Positions 41,186 to 43,110 of a stretch of 43,110 bases of DNA are shown here, piece after piece. The stretch is from positions 379-43,488 of the forward strand of contig CAZXCD010000002.1 of NCBI GenBank assembly GCA_964638985.1. The letters are read 5' to 3'. The stretch's first letter is position 1, and each line of letters starts with the position of its first letter. Source of the stretch: an uncultured Candidatus Saccharibacteria bacterium (GTDB lineage: Bacteria; Patescibacteriota; Minisyncoccia; Phycocordibacterales; UBA9973). The position numbers and the translations under genes were made by a program. Below the pieces are notes generated by a model, which saw only the letters and a list, made by a program, of their open reading frames with translations, did not search any database and was not told where the DNA came from.

Positions 41186-41274
41186 CTTGCCCGGGCAAGC
41201 TTTAAGGTATGCAAAATCCCTAGGGTGATCACTAGGGAAGTCACTAGTGATCATATCTACGCCATGGCGTAGAT
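41186..41274. repeat. Cluster of three further unrelated perfect palindromes
   Basis: cttgcccgggcaag (41186-41199), tgatcactag-ggaagtca-ctagtgatca (41226-41253) and atctacgcc-at-ggcgtagat (41255-41274). Confidence 0.7.
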
Positions 41275-41331
41275 TGCGCTTAGTATAGTATATATGATAG
41301 GTTAAGATAACCAATCAGAATTTTACCCTTG

Positions 41332-42492
41332 CTAGATATCACTCTTTTTTATTGTGCTTGATAGATAGACCCCATAAAACATCAAAGTTCCCAGGATGAG
41401 AAAAATAAAATTAAAAGACGGGGTCAGCAGGAATACAATAAAAGCGGTGATTGGCGCGAGGACATAAGATGTCGGACCGGCGTTTCTGTATACGCTGACA
41501 AATTCATCTTTTTCCTTATCAATATGTTTGAAAAAGTAGACATCACTCATCACTTCTATGGTGGCGGCCCCGACTCTCGTGAGAAAGAGCGCCAGAGCCC
41601 ATATCCATACTTCGTGTTTGTCTATGAAGAAGAGCGCCAGAGTGGCGGTGGCAGCAACGAAAAATCCAATCATAAGCATTTTCCTTTCGCCAATTTTGTC
41701 CGAATACCGGCCGAGAGGAAACTGAATAAAAACAAAAGGGAGAAGCATGACGGTGAAAATCGCGCCGATTTCCTTCCAGTCAAATCCCAAATGCGCGAAT
41801 AAATAAATCGGCGTATAGATGACCATCCAAGCATAGAAAAACTGCAGAAGGAAATTTATCTTATAAGAACGAGCGAGATTTTTGTTGGTAAAAAAATTTT
41901 TAAATGATTGCCAAGCGAAGGTTTTGTCATATTTCGGATCCCTCAAACTTTCTAAGCTCAACAGTGTAGTTAAGAAGAAAACACTCATAATTATAAAACC
42001 GACTACATAAATAGTGGAGAAAGAAAATTCCGCCAGTGTCCTGCCGGAGAAAAATTGCGCTATCACCCAGGCCAAGTTGACGAAAGTCAGATACAGTCCG
42101 CGCACTTTTCCCGTGGAAGAGTTTCTAGAAAATATCTCCAACATTTCATCAAGCGCAAAGATGAGTATGTTGTTGAGAGTAAAATAAAAAATAAAAATAA
42201 AGATAATTTGAGCGGGAGTTTTCAAAACAGACAAAAAGAGAAGGGAAAGGGCGTTTAACCCCGAGGACCAAAGGAGGAATTTGTATCCTCCCATTTTCCG
42301 AAGCATTAAAGGGACAAAGAAAAGCGCGGAGATGGAAGCGAGAGAACCCAACATATATATCAAGCCGACATATTTCTCGCCGGAAGAGAGGGAGAGGAAA
42401 CTGGAATTGACATAAGAAGTAAAGGCCAGATGCAGAGATATCAAAAAACCCATCAAGAAGATATTTTTTAATTTTGGATTATCTTTAAACAT
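41332..42492 (-). CDS. MFS transporter
   Basis: 386 aa with about 12 TM helices. A GRYSDKIGERK loop motif (DRxGRR-like) lies between TM8 and TM9. Confidence 0.75.
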   Translation of the reverse strand: MFKDNPKLKNIFLMGFLISLHLAFTSYVNSSFLSLSSGEKYVGLIYMLGSLASISALFFVPLMLRKMGGYKFLLWSSGLNALSLLFLSVLKTPAQIIFIFIFYFTLNNILIFALDEMLEIFSRNSSTGKVRGLYLTFVNLAWVIAQFFSGRTLAEFSFSTIYVVGFIIMSVFFLTTLLSLESLRDPKYDKTFAWQSFKNFFTNKNLARSYKINFLLQFFYAWMVIYTPIYLFAHLGFDWKEIGAIFTVMLLPFVFIQFPLGRYSDKIGERKMLMIGFFVAATATLALFFIDKHEVWIWALALFLTRVGAATIEVMSDVYFFKHIDKEKDEFVSVYRNAGPTSYVLAPITAFIVFLLTPSFNFIFLILGTLMFYGVYLSSTIKKSDI

Positions 42493-42541
42493 CGCAGTTT
42501 AATTTTTTGTAGTTTTTCGTAATGTTCGCATAATTTTCGTA

Positions 42542-43110
42542 CTAGACGCTCAATATCACGGGTATAACCAATGGTCTTTTGCCGGTTTTTTGATATAAGA
42601 ATTTTGAAATATTTTCGCCGAGAACCGCTTTAATCTGGTCAAAGTCCATCTGTCCGCCATTTACATGGCTCTGGTGCATTTTCGCGGCTGTGTCTTCCAC
42701 TCCGCTCTTGATTATGATTCTTACTTGGCGCAGAAGTTCTTGATTTTCTTTCAAGTAAACAAATCCGCGAGAGATTAAGTCGGGGGACTTCTTTAATTTG
42801 CCAGTCTTCTGGTCCATAAGCGCGATGATAACAAACATTCCGTCTTGAGAAAGCATCTGTCGGTCGCGGATGACGACATCTTGTGTATCACTGATGGAAG
42901 TTCCATCCACCATCATCGGGCTACTTGGCGCTTTTTCTTTTCGCAATATTATTTTTCCTCCATCTGGGGAAATTTCAATGATGGAGCCGTTGTCTGGAAC
43001 GACAATATTTTCCTCCGGCATCCCGAGTTCCATTGCGAGTTCTTTATGTCGTACAAGCATTGAGTGATGACCGTGTATCGGGATGAAAAATTTCGGATGA
43101 GTTTTCCTAT
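42542..43110 (-). CDS. rnj: Ribonuclease J (C-terminal part; the 5' end lies beyond the window)
   Basis: The frame stays open upstream of the track's Met to the window edge (..KFFIPIHGHHSMLVRHKELA..). This carries the metallo-beta-lactamase/beta-CASP motif HGE/H-type and the RNase J C-terminal domain. Confidence 0.8.
   Translation of the reverse strand, partial: RKTHPKFFIPIHGHHSMLVRHKELAMELGMPEENIVVPDNGSIIEISPDGGKIILRKEKAPSSPMMVDGTSISDTQDVVIRDRQMLSQDGMFVIIALMDQKTGKLKKSPDLISRGFVYLKENQELLRQVRIIIKSGVEDTAAKMHQSHVNGGQMDFDQIKAVLGENISKFLYQKTGKRPLVIPVILSV

Overview
This is an AT-rich bacterial chromosome segment that uses the standard genetic code. Its small, compact genes and gene content suggest a CPR/Patescibacteria (Parcubacteria-like) organism; that assignment is inference only.

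Housekeeping genes: two tRNA-Thr and one tRNA-Gln, prfB, ftsE-ftsX, pyrG, a pgl-gnd-zwf oxidative pentose-phosphate operon, dgkA, a Trx-like/DsbB pair, an MFS transporter and a partial RNase J.

Surface genes: a tail-fibre-like protein with a Peptidase_S74-type chaperone domain (it runs off the left edge and is absent from the ORF track), a 680-aa repeat protein, a pilin, a PKD/FN3 protein and a beta-helical membrane protein.

Accessory stretch (about 13.8-25 kb): a LAGLIDADG endonuclease next to tRNA-Gln, then single-gene units encoding two Nudix proteins, GNAT, Dcd-like, SAM-MTase, MazG-like, HAD, CDF, alpha/beta-hydrolase and a decayed APH gene. It also holds an HTH-Panacea(DUF4065)/RelE-like candidate toxin-antitoxin pair.

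The most notable non-genic structure:
1. A cobalamin-riboswitch-like leader with its own sigma70 promoter lies upstream of a DUF4430 plus alpha-toroid surface-protein operon. This is a candidate B12-capture system.
2. A GC-rich composite palindromic element family has at least 11 copies. Several sit in frame inside CDSs, including prfB, which resembles Rickettsia RPEs.
3. Three IS200-like Y1 (RayT-type) transposase genes are each flanked by their own distinct REP hairpin. One carries a REP copy inside its own CDS and has 16-bp flanking direct repeats.
4. A GIY-YIG ORF is bounded by 14-bp inverted repeats, and two ORF-less miniature derivatives exactly fill intergenic gaps.
5. A very regular (TGn)TATAAT-N6-ATG architecture implies leaderless mRNAs for at least 13 genes.

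No rRNA genes and no CRISPR array are present. All coordinates were hand-counted from the printed sequence. All homology statements rest on motif recognition, not on searches.
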